This document shows positions 49,031 through 60,183 of a stretch of 64,000 nt of DNA, in pieces. Each line of letters opens with the position of its first letter. Within the stretch, counting starts at the first letter, position 1. The notes under the pieces are model-generated. The model ran no database searches and was not told where the DNA came from. It worked only from the letters and a program-made list of their open reading frames with translations. The position numbers and the translations under genes were made by a program. The stretch lies in IMG/VR virus record IMGVR_UViG_2061766007_000547. One strand, written 5' to 3'. The DNA comes from an uncultured virus (IMG/VR IMGVR_UViG_2061766007_000547). Taxonomy: Duplodnaviria > Heunggongvirae > Uroviricota > Caudoviricetes.

Positions 49031-52000
49031 AATAACTATGCGATCACATCAGAGGGACTTGCTACATCTTTGACCAAATCAATGGCAGCGCTTAAAGTTG
49101 CTGGTAACTCATTAGAAGAAATTGAAGCTCTTGAAGTTGCTGGTAATGCAATGGTACAGGACGCTGATGTTGTAAGTAACTCTCTTAAGGTATTGTCATT
49201 AAGATTAAGAGGAACAACAGGTTCCGCTCTTGAAGAGATTGGTGAAGATACTGAAGGCTTGATTGAAGATTTTTCTAAGTTAAATAACAAGATCAAAGAT
49301 TTAACAAAAACCGCAAGTAATCCTGAGGGTGTTAGCATTGTTGACAAATTAACGGGTGGTTATAAGAGTACTTATAAGATATTGCTGGAGATTGCCAATG
49401 TTTGGGATGAAATTGGTGATATGCAGAAGGCAGAAATATTGGAAACAGTTGCAGGCAAAACCCGTGCCACTGCTGCTGCTGCTATTTTAGAGTCTCCTGA
49501 ATTGCTTGAACAGGCTTATGAGGACGCTATGAATAATGCCGCTGGTGCTGGTGCAAAAGCGGTTGAAACATCAATGGAGTCTATTGAGAAGCGTCTTAAT
49601 GTTCTTAAAAATGATTTAAGACAGTTTGCTGTTACGTTATTAGAGTCAGATAATTTAAGCAGTCTTATTAATTCTATAGATGAAGTTATTGTTAATATTA
49701 AGAATACAAGCGCTGATCTTGCTCCTATAATGGATACATTAACAACCGTCTTAAATCTTGCATTAAAAGTACTTGGTATGGCTCCTGCTGGTGGAATAAT
49801 TGGAGCAATTTTAACAGGTAAACAGGCATTTGGAAAAGACAGTCGTTTAAATAATTTACTTACAGATAAATTTTTCAGTTCTTTAAAACCTACTGCATAT
49901 ATTACACAAAAAGATTTAAGTATTATGCATGCTGCAATTGATGGCGTTGAAACACAGGCTGAAAAATATATAAACTTGAAAACTGTTTTGACTGAATTAT
50001 CGCCTGAAGCTCAACGTTATGTAATGCAAGAAAGAAGCCGACTTGATATAATGGAAGATGTTGTTGCTGGGGCTGAGCAACAAGCGGCAAAAACTAAGGC
50101 ACTTGCAATAGCTCAAGGGGCTTTAAACGCTGTATTAAGTATTGGTATTTCTTTACTGGCGTCGTTTGCTATTCAATTAGTAAGTAAATGGGTGCATGCT
50201 GAAGAAACCGCAAGGAAAGAACTTCGTGAAACACTTGATGCTGCTAAAGAAAGAAATAAACAGCTTAAAGAACAAACTGAACAAATAGATAATTATATCG
50301 CTAAGTATGAAGAATATTATGGCGTACTTAAAAATGAAAAATCTACTGATGAAGATTTATATACTGCAAGAAATAATTTATATGATCTTCAGCAAGATAT
50401 TATTGGACAATATGATAAAGTTGCAGATAAAATTGACTTAGTTAATGGTAGATATCAAACAGAACTTGATTTACTTAAAGGTATTACTGCAGAACAAAGG
50501 ACTGCTTATATTGGTGAAAATGCCAAAGCTTATCAAGAGGCTATAGAATCCGAAAGCGAGCGTTTTGGATATATAAATTTAGGTAATGAAAAATCAAATC
50601 ATAATCTTTTATTATCTGCCTTATTTGGTACGCAAGGAAAAAATGTGGCTAATGTTACCGCTGAAGAATATCGAGATATTTTAAATGGGTTGATTGCTGA
50701 AATTAATGATGAAAATATTGATATTGTTCAAGAACGATTAAATGATTTATTAAAAGATATTGATAAGTCCGAATGGCAGTATCCTGCGAACCGTACTAAT
50801 GCTGAAGCAAATTGGTTTAAAGAGATTATTCGTGAGTGGGATAATGCATTTAATGATGAGGCAAGTACTTTTAATAACGCATTAAAAAGCCAAGAGATTA
50901 TTAAAACATATCAAAAACAATTAACTTTAAATGATACTCAATATGGTGATACCTATCAAGCACTTGAAGAGCTTTTTGTTAAAATGCAAGAGGCTAAGCG
51001 TAAAAATGATCATGATGCTTTTGTAGAGGCTGAACGTAAATTTCAAGAGTTATATAATGGCAAGATTGATACTAATACTTCATCTGCTGTTGCTAATACA
51101 TATTATGATCTATTTGATCAGGCAGAAGAATTAATCAATGATTATTATGCTAAGATTGAAGCTAGTGATGCAGATTTATGGGACGTTGTAGATTTAGTAT
51201 TTAAACAGATAGAAGCTGGGTTTAGTCCTAAAATGGACGCTGAGCAATATCTTAAAGAATTTGTTAAGCTTATGGCTCAAGAGGGCAAGACATGGGAAGA
51301 ACTTTCTCATGAAATTGAACTTACTGGCTATGATATAGATGGATTCTTAGCAAAGTATAGAAATACATACAAGGAAATCGAAAAGATTCCGTTCTCTGAT
51401 TGGCTTGGTAAGACATCGTCATTTAAGCAGGAAGATAAGGTTTTATTAAATTCTGATTTACTTAAAGAATATGAATCTGCAATTGGTCAATTTAAAGATT
51501 TTCTTGTTAATGACAGAGAAGGACAGGTTGAAATTCCCCTGTCAGACATTCTGCGAGTGACTGGCGATCCAAACGGTTTCTTTGAAGCAATCGGCATGCC
51601 GAACTTTGAAGATTACATGGAAAAGTTTGGTGGCGACATGAGCTTTTCTATGCTGGCATATATGTCAGAAGTTGGCAGAAAAGTTGAGGAAATGTTCGGC
51701 GGTAATCTTGATGTGTCTGGCGTTGAAAATTTACGTGAGCAGATGCAACAGATTATGCTTGAAGCTACTGGCTTTGATCCTGCGGCTAATGTTCATAAGA
51801 TTGAAGAATCGTATAGAGAACTTGTCCATTTATCAAAATTAGTTTCTGATGGTCATCAATTTAGTTCTGAAAGAATGGACGAACTAATTGAGAAATATCC
51901 TGAATTAAAGAGCGGTATTGATACAATTACCACAACGATTGATAAGGAAACAGGTGTAGCCGAAACTTCTTATACAATTCAGGCAGGTGCAATTGATAAT

Positions 52001-54643
52001 CTTATTGGTGAATATGCAACACTATCTAATGAAGCAATAGATGCATGGCGTATTATTAAAAAGGAAACTCTTGAGGCGTCAATTGCTAATTTAAATAATT
52101 TCTTATCACTTGATAGGATTTTTGAATTATATCATGAGATTGTTGATACTGAAAACTATAGAGGTGAAAATGTTTTTGGTGAACATACTGGTGAAATTTC
52201 AGCACTTATCCGTGAATATGAAAAAGAACTAGATCTTCTTGATAGTTTAAAAAAGAATCCTGAAACAAATTATCATTATAAGCATAATATGAATAAAGAC
52301 GAAGATGGCGATGGTGATAAGGATAAGGATAATAAGTCGGAAATCGACTGGCTTGAACAGTATCTTGAAAAACGTAATCGTGCAGTTGATGAAACTCAAA
52401 AGAAATATGAGCAATTACGTGCGACCATTATTAACACAGATAATGTTGAGTCTGATTATTATGATAAGCGCGCAAAAGCAATGGCTGTAGCTAATAATGC
52501 ACTTCAGGAACAAATGAATGCATATAAGGTTGCTGAAGATGAATATGACAGACGTATGACTTCTGGTTTGTTATATGATAATCTTGTTAAGGCGGCTAAA
52601 AGTGAGGCGGCGGCTAATGCGTATGTTGAGAAAATTAAAGCTGGCGAAGATATTAACCTTGAAGAGTTAGATTCTGAACTTCAGAGTGCCATTACTGCTA
52701 TGGTTAATAACTGGAACAGCAAGCGCGACGCAGCCGAAAAGCAGATTGAAATCGGTATTCAGATAAAAGATAATAATCTTGCTCAAAAGAAAGAAGATGT
52801 TGAACGTATTGTTAAGGCATATGATAAAGTGCTTAATGAATATGAAAGACGTCAAAAATCTCTTGAACATTATCAGACAATGCAGACAGTGCAGGGACTT
52901 ATGCAGAACGAGCAATATATAATTGCTCTTATGGATAATGAAGCTCGCAAGCTTGACGATAATATCAAAAAGCGCGATGCACTTACTGCCGAACTTAAGT
53001 CATTTATCCCGACTACAGAGGACGAATTAAATCATTGGTATGATCTTAAGGATCAGATTGATAGTACAACTGAAGCAATATATGCAAATCAGGAGGCTAT
53101 CGCACAGTGGCAGAATGAAGTCAAGAAACTTGAATGGTCTCTTGATGATAAGATAATGGAAATGAAATATGCTGTTACTGATGAAACTGATTTCTTGATT
53201 AATACTTTGTCTAATAGTGATATGTATAAATATATGCGTGAGTTCTTAGGAAATGATGCAGTTAAGACTAAGTTATATAGTGGTGACATGTCTGATGAAG
53301 GGCTTGCGACATTAGCTATGCGACTGACAAAACGCAAGGCTTATTATGAACAGATCAAAGATTATGAAAAACAAATAGCGGCGGCTGAAGAATTGTACAT
53401 GAAAGATACCGCTAATACTGAAAATCTGGATAGGCTGAATGAATTAACTGCTAAACAAAGAGAAGTAGTTAATAATTATAACGAAGAAAAGCAAGCCATC
53501 CTTGATTTAATTCAAGAAGGATATGACAAACAGCTTGAAAGTTTGCAAAATCTGATAGACAAATACATGGAGGCTGTAAATGCCGAAAAGGATTTGTATG
53601 ATTACCAGAAAAATATGGCAAAACAGACTAAAAATATTGCAAATCTTCGTAAGCAAATGTCTGCTTATGCTAATGATACTTCTGAAGAAGCAAGAATGAA
53701 ACTTCAACAGTTAAGCGTACAGCTTGAAGAAGCTGAAGAAGGACGTGCAGATACAGAGTATACAAGGCGCCTTCAGGATCAGCAGGATATTCTTGATCGT
53801 ATGTATCAGTCACTTGAAGATTTCTTCAATGACAAAATGGAAAATCAAGACCAGATACTTAAAGAGGCTAAGGAATTGGTACAGGATAATGTGCCTAGCA
53901 TAAAGAATATACTGTCAAGCACATTAACATTTAGCAAGAGTAGCTCTATGGATATTTCAGGTACTTTGGATAATATCCTTAATAGCGGTATTGCAAGTGT
54001 TAAGAATAATCTTGATATAGCTGATGGTGATATTAAGGCTGTTAAAGATAGCGTTGTAGGAAAGACTAATGATCTGATAGAGTATTATAAGCAGAATGAT
54101 CTGACACAGGCTCAGAAAGATGAGGTATATGGTTGGGTTAAAAATCTTAGTGATAGGGCTGACGAGTTTAATGGTAACTTTACTGAATTTGCAAATCAGT
54201 TTAATAGTCAGATTGGCAAAATGTTAAAATCTACTGATCAAGATGAAAAGATCAATACTATTAAAGATAAGCTTGTTTCAGCTATTACTCCTGCAATTAA
54301 GACAGGTTTAGATACTTTTACAACATTACAAGGTGCAACACTTGAAAAAGTATCGTCGTCAGCTATATCTAATCTTAATACGGCAGATGTGCTTGATCCT
54401 ATAATGAATAGTATTTTCAATGCTTATAATGCTACGAAGTCTATCGATAGCGCTATTCAGTCAGTATTGAGAGTGCCTAGTAACATATCGTTCAGCACAT
54501 CAATTAATCTTGATAATGTAACTGATTATCAGTCATTCATTGACGAGTGCAAGAAGAGCAAACAGTTTGAAAATCTTATTCAGACTATGATAGGTAGTTC
54601 GTTAAATATGGGCACAAGTGCAATGAAGAAGTACAATATTTAG
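49031..54643 (+). CDS. tape measure protein, exon 2
   Basis: Continues the TMP core (NNYAITSEGLA..SLKVLSLRLRG..YKSTYKIL..AGKTRA). Spliced product is 3261 aa. Confidence 0.85.
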   Translation, partial: NNYAITSEGLATSLTKSMAALKVAGNSLEEIEALEVAGNAMVQDADVVSNSLKVLSLRLRGTTGSALEEIGEDTEGLIEDFSKLNNKIKDLTKTASNPEGVSIVDKLTGGYKSTYKILLEIANVWDEIGDMQKAEILETVAGKTRATAAAAILESPELLEQAYEDAMNNAAGAGAKAVETSMESIEKRLNVLKNDLRQFAVTLLESDNLSSLINSIDEVIVNIKNTSADLAPIMDTLTTVLNLALKVLGMAPAGGIIGAILTGKQAFGKDSRLNNLLTDKFFSSLKPTAYITQKDLSIMHAAIDGVETQAEKYINLKTVLTELSPEAQRYVMQERSRLDIMEDVVAGAEQQAAKTKALAIAQGALNAVLSIGISLLASFAIQLVSKWVHAEETARKELRETLDAAKERNKQLKEQTEQIDNYIAKYEEYYGVLKNEKSTDEDLYTARNNLYDLQQDIIGQYDKVADKIDLVNGRYQTELDLLKGITAEQRTAYIGENAKAYQEAIESESERFGYINLGNEKSNHNLLLSALFGTQGKNVANVTAEEYRDILNGLIAEINDENIDIVQERLNDLLKDIDKSEWQYPANRTNAEANWFKEIIREWDNAFNDEASTFNNALKSQEIIKTYQKQLTLNDTQYGDTYQALEELFVKMQEAKRKNDHDAFVEAERKFQELYNGKIDTNTSSAVANTYYDLFDQAEELINDYYAKIEASDADLWDVVDLVFKQIEAGFSPKMDAEQYLKEFVKLMAQEGKTWEELSHEIELTGYDIDGFLAKYRNTYKEIEKIPFSDWLGKTSSFKQEDKVLLNSDLLKEYESAIGQFKDFLVNDREGQVEIPLSDILRVTGDPNGFFEAIGMPNFEDYMEKFGGDMSFSMLAYMSEVGRKVEEMFGGNLDVSGVENLREQMQQIMLEATGFDPAANVHKIEESYRELVHLSKLVSDGHQFSSERMDELIEKYPELKSGIDTITTTIDKETGVAETSYTIQAGAIDNLIGEYATLSNEAIDAWRIIKKETLEASIANLNNFLSLDRIFELYHEIVDTENYRGENVFGEHTGEISALIREYEKELDLLDSLKKNPETNYHYKHNMNKDEDGDGDKDKDNKSEIDWLEQYLEKRNRAVDETQKKYEQLRATIINTDNVESDYYDKRAKAMAVANNALQEQMNAYKVAEDEYDRRMTSGLLYDNLVKAAKSEAAANAYVEKIKAGEDINLEELDSELQSAITAMVNNWNSKRDAAEKQIEIGIQIKDNNLAQKKEDVERIVKAYDKVLNEYERRQKSLEHYQTMQTVQGLMQNEQYIIALMDNEARKLDDNIKKRDALTAELKSFIPTTEDELNHWYDLKDQIDSTTEAIYANQEAIAQWQNEVKKLEWSLDDKIMEMKYAVTDETDFLINTLSNSDMYKYMREFLGNDAVKTKLYSGDMSDEGLATLAMRLTKRKAYYEQIKDYEKQIAAAEELYMKDTANTENLDRLNELTAKQREVVNNYNEEKQAILDLIQEGYDKQLESLQNLIDKYMEAVNAEKDLYDYQKNMAKQTKNIANLRKQMSAYANDTSEEARMKLQQLSVQLEEAEEGRADTEYTRRLQDQQDILDRMYQSLEDFFNDKMENQDQILKEAKELVQDNVPSIKNILSSTLTFSKSSSMDISGTLDNILNSGIASVKNNLDIADGDIKAVKDSVVGKTNDLIEYYKQNDLTQAQKDEVYGWVKNLSDRADEFNGNFTEFANQFNSQIGKMLKSTDQDEKINTIKDKLVSAITPAIKTGLDTFTTLQGATLEKVSSSAISNLNTADVLDPIMNSIFNAYNATKSIDSAIQSVLRVPSNISFSTSINLDNVTDYQSFIDECKKSKQFENLIQTMIGSSLNMGTSAMKKYNI

Positions 54644-54650
54644 TAAGTTT

Positions 54651-54681
54651 GGGGAGGAGCTGTATGGCTCCTCTCCTATTT
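54651..54681 (+). terminator. intrinsic terminator
   Basis: GGGGAGGAGC/GCTCCTCTCC stem followed by TATTT. Confidence 0.65.
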
Positions 54682-54700
54682 AATTAAAAGGAGAAAACAT

Positions 54701-55000
54701 ATGGATTTTCAAAAAGGATACGAAAGAGAAAAAAGGATAAATAAAAGCCTGCGTGAAGAGCTGGCGAAAGTTCAAATAGAAAATTCCGAGTTGATAGAAA
54801 AGTGTATGGAACCTGATATTGAGGTAACAGAACTTATTGAAACTCTTAAACAGATAAATAAAGAATGGGAAGCTACATTAAAAAGCTTAAAAGCAAAGGA
54901 CGCGGAATATACTAAGCTCATAGCTGAAATGAAAGAGTTCCGCAATAGTATTATGGGAAGCACGAAATTACAGCGGTTAGTTGCAAAGAAACTCTTATGA
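54701..55000 (+). CDS. hypothetical coiled-coil protein
   Basis: AAGGAG RBS; 99 aa. Confidence 0.6.
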   Translation: MDFQKGYEREKRINKSLREELAKVQIENSELIEKCMEPDIEVTELIETLKQINKEWEATLKSLKAKDAEYTKLIAEMKEFRNSIMGSTKLQRLVAKKLL

Positions 55001-55013
55001 CGAGGTGATAAAT

Positions 55014-55817
55014 ATGTATGCAAAAAATTTTACTTATGATGGAACAACACTGAGTAGTTTGGGATACACATTATGTTCATTTGATAATGGCAGTGATAGG
55101 GCTACTGGTTCAGAGATAACATTCAGCACTGTAGCACTGAATAAGGGAAACAAGTATCTTTTGGCAGATTATAAATATGATAAATGTCTGGAAACCACAT
55201 TATATATTTGTAAAAATCCTTGCAATCATAGCGCACAGTCTGATCTGATAATTACTCCAGCAGAGTTTTCAACATTGTCACGATGGCTGAATAAAAAGAA
55301 TTATCGTCCATTGACATTTGACGCTACTGGTTGGACAGATATAATCTTTGAAGCGTCATTCAATGTGGCAGCTGTGCTTGTTGGTGGTGATATATATGGA
55401 CTTGAATTACAGATGACTACTAACAGACCTTTTGCTATTAAATCTGCGGTTACAAAGACTTTAACATTTACTGCTGCAAGTCAGGCGCAAACGTTTAATG
55501 ATGATTCAGACGAAATAGGATTTATCTACCCTACTTCTATGGAAGTAACATGTGGTGCAGCTGGCACATTGACTTTGACTAATGCTATTGAGAACCGTAC
55601 TACAACTGTAGAAAACTGTGCAGCAAATGAAAAAATAACTTTTGCATATCCTGTTATATCATCGTCTAGTAGTGGTCATACTACCTTGCTGAATGATTTT
55701 AATTATATCTTTCCGAGAGTAGCCAATACATCATCGTCAAAAGTTAATTCGATCACTGCTTCAATGGCATGTACTGTAGTAATAATTTATAATCCGATAA
55801 TCAAGATTGCAGTTTAA
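55014..55817 (+). CDS. distal tail protein (Dit)
   Basis: Follows TMP; NFTYDG..LSSLG, LSRWLNKK, MTTNRPFA pattern. Confidence 0.65.
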   Translation: MYAKNFTYDGTTLSSLGYTLCSFDNGSDRATGSEITFSTVALNKGNKYLLADYKYDKCLETTLYICKNPCNHSAQSDLIITPAEFSTLSRWLNKKNYRPLTFDATGWTDIIFEASFNVAAVLVGGDIYGLELQMTTNRPFAIKSAVTKTLTFTAASQAQTFNDDSDEIGFIYPTSMEVTCGAAGTLTLTNAIENRTTTVENCAANEKITFAYPVISSSSSGHTTLLNDFNYIFPRVANTSSSKVNSITASMACTVVIIYNPIIKIAV

Positions 55818-55827
55818 GGAGGGAATT

Positions 55828-58800
55828 ATGATAAATTATAATATACGCTTTGATACCTCCAACAAGGCGGAACTTCCTACATTTGTTCTTGCTACAAAAA
55901 GCGGACAGAAAATAGGGCTGTTAACTAATGTTCAAGGTGTAACATTTAAAAATAGCGTAGAAACGCCTGAAATGGCTTTAAAGGTTTATAGAGGGGACGG
56001 GGATAATCTCACGCCTTACTGGGACGATATCAACATGTATAAGCTTTTGTATGTGCCTGAAATGGACACATATTTTTCAATTGCATGTGACATACAGGAA
56101 AGTCCCGATGGTATATTAAAAGCCTTAACATTGACAAGGCTGGCTGAAGCAGAGCTTAGTTTGATCAAGGTTTATGGATTACAGATTAATACAGAACAGG
56201 CAATCATTATGCCAGATTATGATCCTGAGCACCCTGTTGTATTGTATCGATCTGATCCTAATTTAAAAAGTTCATCATTGTTGCATAAGATATTTAGTTA
56301 TGCGCCACATTATACTATAGGTTATGTAGCGGATAGTGTTAAAAATATACAAAGAACTTTTGAATTTAATGGCAATAGTATTACGGACGTACTTAAAACA
56401 GTTGCCGACGAAGAATCGGTCATCTTTGATTTTTCATGTGGTGATACGGCTAACAGAGTAGTCAACGTATATGACGCATTAACCAGTTGTAATGTGTGTG
56501 GTTTCAGAGGACACTTTACTGGCACATGTCCTAATTGTGGAAGTTCTAATGTTAATGAAGGCTTTGGTGAAAATACTGGCATCCTTGTAAGTAAAGATGT
56601 ACTTGGAACAAATCTTACCATTACGAGAAATCCTGACGCAATAGCAAATTGTTATCATGTTTCAGGTGGTGACGATCTGATGACTGATACAATCCGTATG
56701 TGTAACCCCAATGGTGGTTATGTGTGGGCGTTTTCAGATGAGATGAAAGACGAAATGAGTTCGGGATTAAAAACCGCCCTGAACGCATATGAAGCTTTGT
56801 ATGATGATTACCAGAGTGACCATGTGTTTGACATCTCTTCTCTTCCGCTTTCTGATTATAATGCTTTGATTACCAAATATCGTGCTCTTGATCCAGATGT
56901 TACGATTGAAACAATTAGTAGTATTACTGGTTATTCAGAATTGATCAAGGCATATTATGAGGCAATAGATTTTGGTGAATATCTGAATCATTCTTTGTTG
57001 CCATCGGTAGCAAACAGCGGAACAACGGCGGCTGAGGTTGTTGCTGGTCTGACAACTGCAACCATGTCGCCAGTATCTTTATTGAATACCGATGTCATGT
57101 CATTAGCGCAGGCGTCAACAGCCGTTGTTAATTATGCAAAGATATTGTCCGATCCGTTATATAATATTCAGGTTGTTGAACAGGAACTTCAAAGATTATT
57201 AGGTGGTTATAAATGGGTAGGTGTTTTATCGGCAACAAATTATTATGATAAAATGGATACTGCTAAGACAGGTACGCTAGAAATTATTATTAATGCCGAT
57301 ATAGCTAACTATGCTCAAAATAGCGTTATGCAAACATTGCTCAATCGTTCTCAAGGTATATCGGCTATTGTTGCTATGTATAGCATGACCACATTTGAGT
57401 TAGAGGACGCATTACAGTATTATTCATATCACATGTTACAGGATATTAATGACTGTTTTGTTAAAGCTGTTGAAATGCTGACCAGTATTGGTGCTGATGA
57501 TCCAACTAATCATGCATATACTGTATATCAGGCAACACAAAGTAAGTTAACTATTGTTAGCACTGAGCTTGCATTAAGAGAAACAGAAGTAAAGATAGTA
57601 GATTTTAAAGATTTGTCGACGTGTATGACGGCAAAGCTCTGGGATATGATAACTGCTGCTATTACTACTATGAAGATTGAAAATAATCTTACCAGTGCAC
57701 AGTGGATAGAACTTAATGCATTCAGACGTGAAATGGATTATTCAAATGATAATTATGTATCAACATCATTTAGAAGAAAGTTTGATTATACGGATAGTAA
57801 TTTTATATCTGATTCGTTAACTAATGCTGAACTGATCAAAAGGGCTTATGAATTTATATTACAGGCTGAATATAAGATCAGGGAAAATAGCACATATAGT
57901 TATAGTATTAGCACAAGTTTACGAAATCTTCTTGTTATTGATGAATTTGCTGGATTGCGTAACAGTTTTAAAGTTGGCAATTGGATGAGAATTATAGATG
58001 ATAATGGCAGATTATATAAATTGCGTCTGATTGATTATGAAATTGATTTTGATAAGCTTGAAGAATTATCGGTAAACTTTTCTGATATTTCATTAGATCA
58101 TGATACATCTGATAGGCTGCGTAAGTTTATGTCGAAAACTCAGATTATCGTCGGCAATTTTAACAAAACAACTAATCAAGCGCAGACTAATCTTGTTAAT
58201 AAAGGTAGTGACATTACTGGTAACTATACATACAGTGACGCTTATACGGCTGGCTCAAGTAATCAGAATGTTGAGATATTGAACAATAATGTTGTTACCA
58301 GATTTGATGTTATTGACGGACTTATTGAAGGTAAGATTTCGTCTGATCAGGCTTTGTCATTAATTGCACAGGAGATTAATAAGATTACACTTCAGGTTAA
58401 TAATGGTGATGAAACAAGTAGTATTACTATTAAATACGATGGTGTTAATATCAGTACAACTGGCTCAATCACATTGGGCGGCACTGTTATTTTCCAAGAG
58501 AATTTGACAGACGGCGTAACTGTTATTAGCGGTGATAATATTCTTACTGGTATAATCATGTCTGCCAATTATCAGTTTAGAACAGGACAAACATTTAGTG
58601 ATGCTGGTTCAATGTTTAATCTTATCAATGGTGATATCAGAACGCCTGGGCTATATACTAACGGCGCAACTGGTGATCTCTATGTTAAAGGTACTATTTA
58701 TGCGGACGCTGGACGTATTGGTGATTTTAATTTGATTAATGCTGATAATAGTTATGCACTTGATCATTCGCAGAATACGTGGAAATTAAGAACAGCTCCT

Positions 58801-60183
58801 ATTGCTGGTCAAAATGGTAAGAGATATTATGTGTGGATGACAAAACAGCGAAACTTCATTGCTGGCGATTCAAAGATGGACTCACACACTGCCGAAAATG
58901 ATAAGACAACCGAATGTAGTATAGGTTCAAAGAGTTATCCTTGGAGGCGTGGATATTTTAAGCGACTTTATATGGATAACTGTTTGCTTGGTGTTGAATA
59001 TTGTAAGGTTACACTTGGTGCAGCTAACTGGAATAACAATCATCGTCAGGCTAAGACTGTTGTTGGTATTACTGCTGATACCGCCGATGATACTAAGATA
59101 AGGCAGTTTGTACAGATCATGCCGTCTTACAATGTTTCTGATACAGAGGCGGGTAATGATGATGTTATTAATAATGTCGTTGCTTTTCAGGAAGCTGGCA
59201 TTGTATGTGTTGCAAAAAAGAAGAATAAGCTGACGTTCCAGTGGACAAATGAAGAGCCTGAGCAGGATATTGATGTTTATATCTATGTTCAGTATGCTCG
59301 CCCTCAGAATGGACTTGATACTCCTTATAATGCATCTGTTTATTATGATATTGAAGATGAAACATGTTATGTATCATGGCAAGATCCTGATAATGAAATG
59401 TTTGCTCTGTGGGATCATACTGTTCTTGTCAGAAAATTTGGTTCGGCTCCTTCTGGCGTAAGTGACGGCACCGTGCTTGCAACATATGGTATCAATACTG
59501 GTAGTGGCGGAACATCTGAAAAGGATAAATACGAAACTCCTAATGCCTTTACGGATAACTATGCAACGCTTGGAAGTAACTGTGTTGCAAGTCAAACCCC
59601 TGGGGTATATTACTACGGTATATTCGCAGTTGATTCTAATGGCGAGACTGCTTCGTTTATTGATTGTATCTACACAAGTGATGCTCCTATACTTCATGAA
59701 GTTACTGAAACAAGTGCATTGTTTGAAATGTTTGTAGGACATTATGATTATATTGCTCTTACATATAAGGACGGCAGCGCGCCTGAGGATGTTAACGATG
59801 GTATAATAGCTGCAATCTATACAAATATTACTCTTGAGGGTGCTACAAGATATTCAGTTACATTGTCAAATCTTCCTGTTGGTGACCTGTTCTTTAAGGT
59901 ATTTGCTGCAACAGATGAGTCAACAACTCTTGAAAGTAATACATATGAGCTTGTCGTTACCAATGGTTATGAATTTGATTATACTGGTAGCATACAGACC
60001 TTTGTTGTACCTGAAACGGGTATATATCAGATTGAAACATGGGGTGCTCAGGGTGAAGGCGCTGGCACTACTGCTGGTGGCTACGGCGGATATTCAACTG
60101 TTGAAACTATATTACAGAAAGATGAAGTTCTGTATATCAATGTTGGTGGACAGAACGGATATAACGGCGGAGGCGTTGATTAA
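55828..60183 (+). CDS. Tal/baseplate hub-like large tail protein with a Zn ribbon and the first half of a Gly-rich domain
   Basis: Follows Dit; FKVGNWMRI..RLIDYEIDF; CNVC..CPNC; ends FDYTGSIQTF..WGAQG..GGYGGY..LYINVGG. Confidence 0.7.
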   Translation: MINYNIRFDTSNKAELPTFVLATKSGQKIGLLTNVQGVTFKNSVETPEMALKVYRGDGDNLTPYWDDINMYKLLYVPEMDTYFSIACDIQESPDGILKALTLTRLAEAELSLIKVYGLQINTEQAIIMPDYDPEHPVVLYRSDPNLKSSSLLHKIFSYAPHYTIGYVADSVKNIQRTFEFNGNSITDVLKTVADEESVIFDFSCGDTANRVVNVYDALTSCNVCGFRGHFTGTCPNCGSSNVNEGFGENTGILVSKDVLGTNLTITRNPDAIANCYHVSGGDDLMTDTIRMCNPNGGYVWAFSDEMKDEMSSGLKTALNAYEALYDDYQSDHVFDISSLPLSDYNALITKYRALDPDVTIETISSITGYSELIKAYYEAIDFGEYLNHSLLPSVANSGTTAAEVVAGLTTATMSPVSLLNTDVMSLAQASTAVVNYAKILSDPLYNIQVVEQELQRLLGGYKWVGVLSATNYYDKMDTAKTGTLEIIINADIANYAQNSVMQTLLNRSQGISAIVAMYSMTTFELEDALQYYSYHMLQDINDCFVKAVEMLTSIGADDPTNHAYTVYQATQSKLTIVSTELALRETEVKIVDFKDLSTCMTAKLWDMITAAITTMKIENNLTSAQWIELNAFRREMDYSNDNYVSTSFRRKFDYTDSNFISDSLTNAELIKRAYEFILQAEYKIRENSTYSYSISTSLRNLLVIDEFAGLRNSFKVGNWMRIIDDNGRLYKLRLIDYEIDFDKLEELSVNFSDISLDHDTSDRLRKFMSKTQIIVGNFNKTTNQAQTNLVNKGSDITGNYTYSDAYTAGSSNQNVEILNNNVVTRFDVIDGLIEGKISSDQALSLIAQEINKITLQVNNGDETSSITIKYDGVNISTTGSITLGGTVIFQENLTDGVTVISGDNILTGIIMSANYQFRTGQTFSDAGSMFNLINGDIRTPGLYTNGATGDLYVKGTIYADAGRIGDFNLINADNSYALDHSQNTWKLRTAPIAGQNGKRYYVWMTKQRNFIAGDSKMDSHTAENDKTTECSIGSKSYPWRRGYFKRLYMDNCLLGVEYCKVTLGAANWNNNHRQAKTVVGITADTADDTKIRQFVQIMPSYNVSDTEAGNDDVINNVVAFQEAGIVCVAKKKNKLTFQWTNEEPEQDIDVYIYVQYARPQNGLDTPYNASVYYDIEDETCYVSWQDPDNEMFALWDHTVLVRKFGSAPSGVSDGTVLATYGINTGSGGTSEKDKYETPNAFTDNYATLGSNCVASQTPGVYYYGIFAVDSNGETASFIDCIYTSDAPILHEVTETSALFEMFVGHYDYIALTYKDGSAPEDVNDGIIAAIYTNITLEGATRYSVTLSNLPVGDLFFKVFAATDESTTLESNTYELVVTNGYEFDYTGSIQTFVVPETGIYQIETWGAQGEGAGTTAGGYGGYSTVETILQKDEVLYINVGGQNGYNGGGVD

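Noticed and set aside
10420..54643. Stop-codon recoding or frameshifting to explain the broken MCP and TMP
   Set aside because: TAA, TAG and TGA all end ordinary genes here, and group I intron structures explain both breaks.
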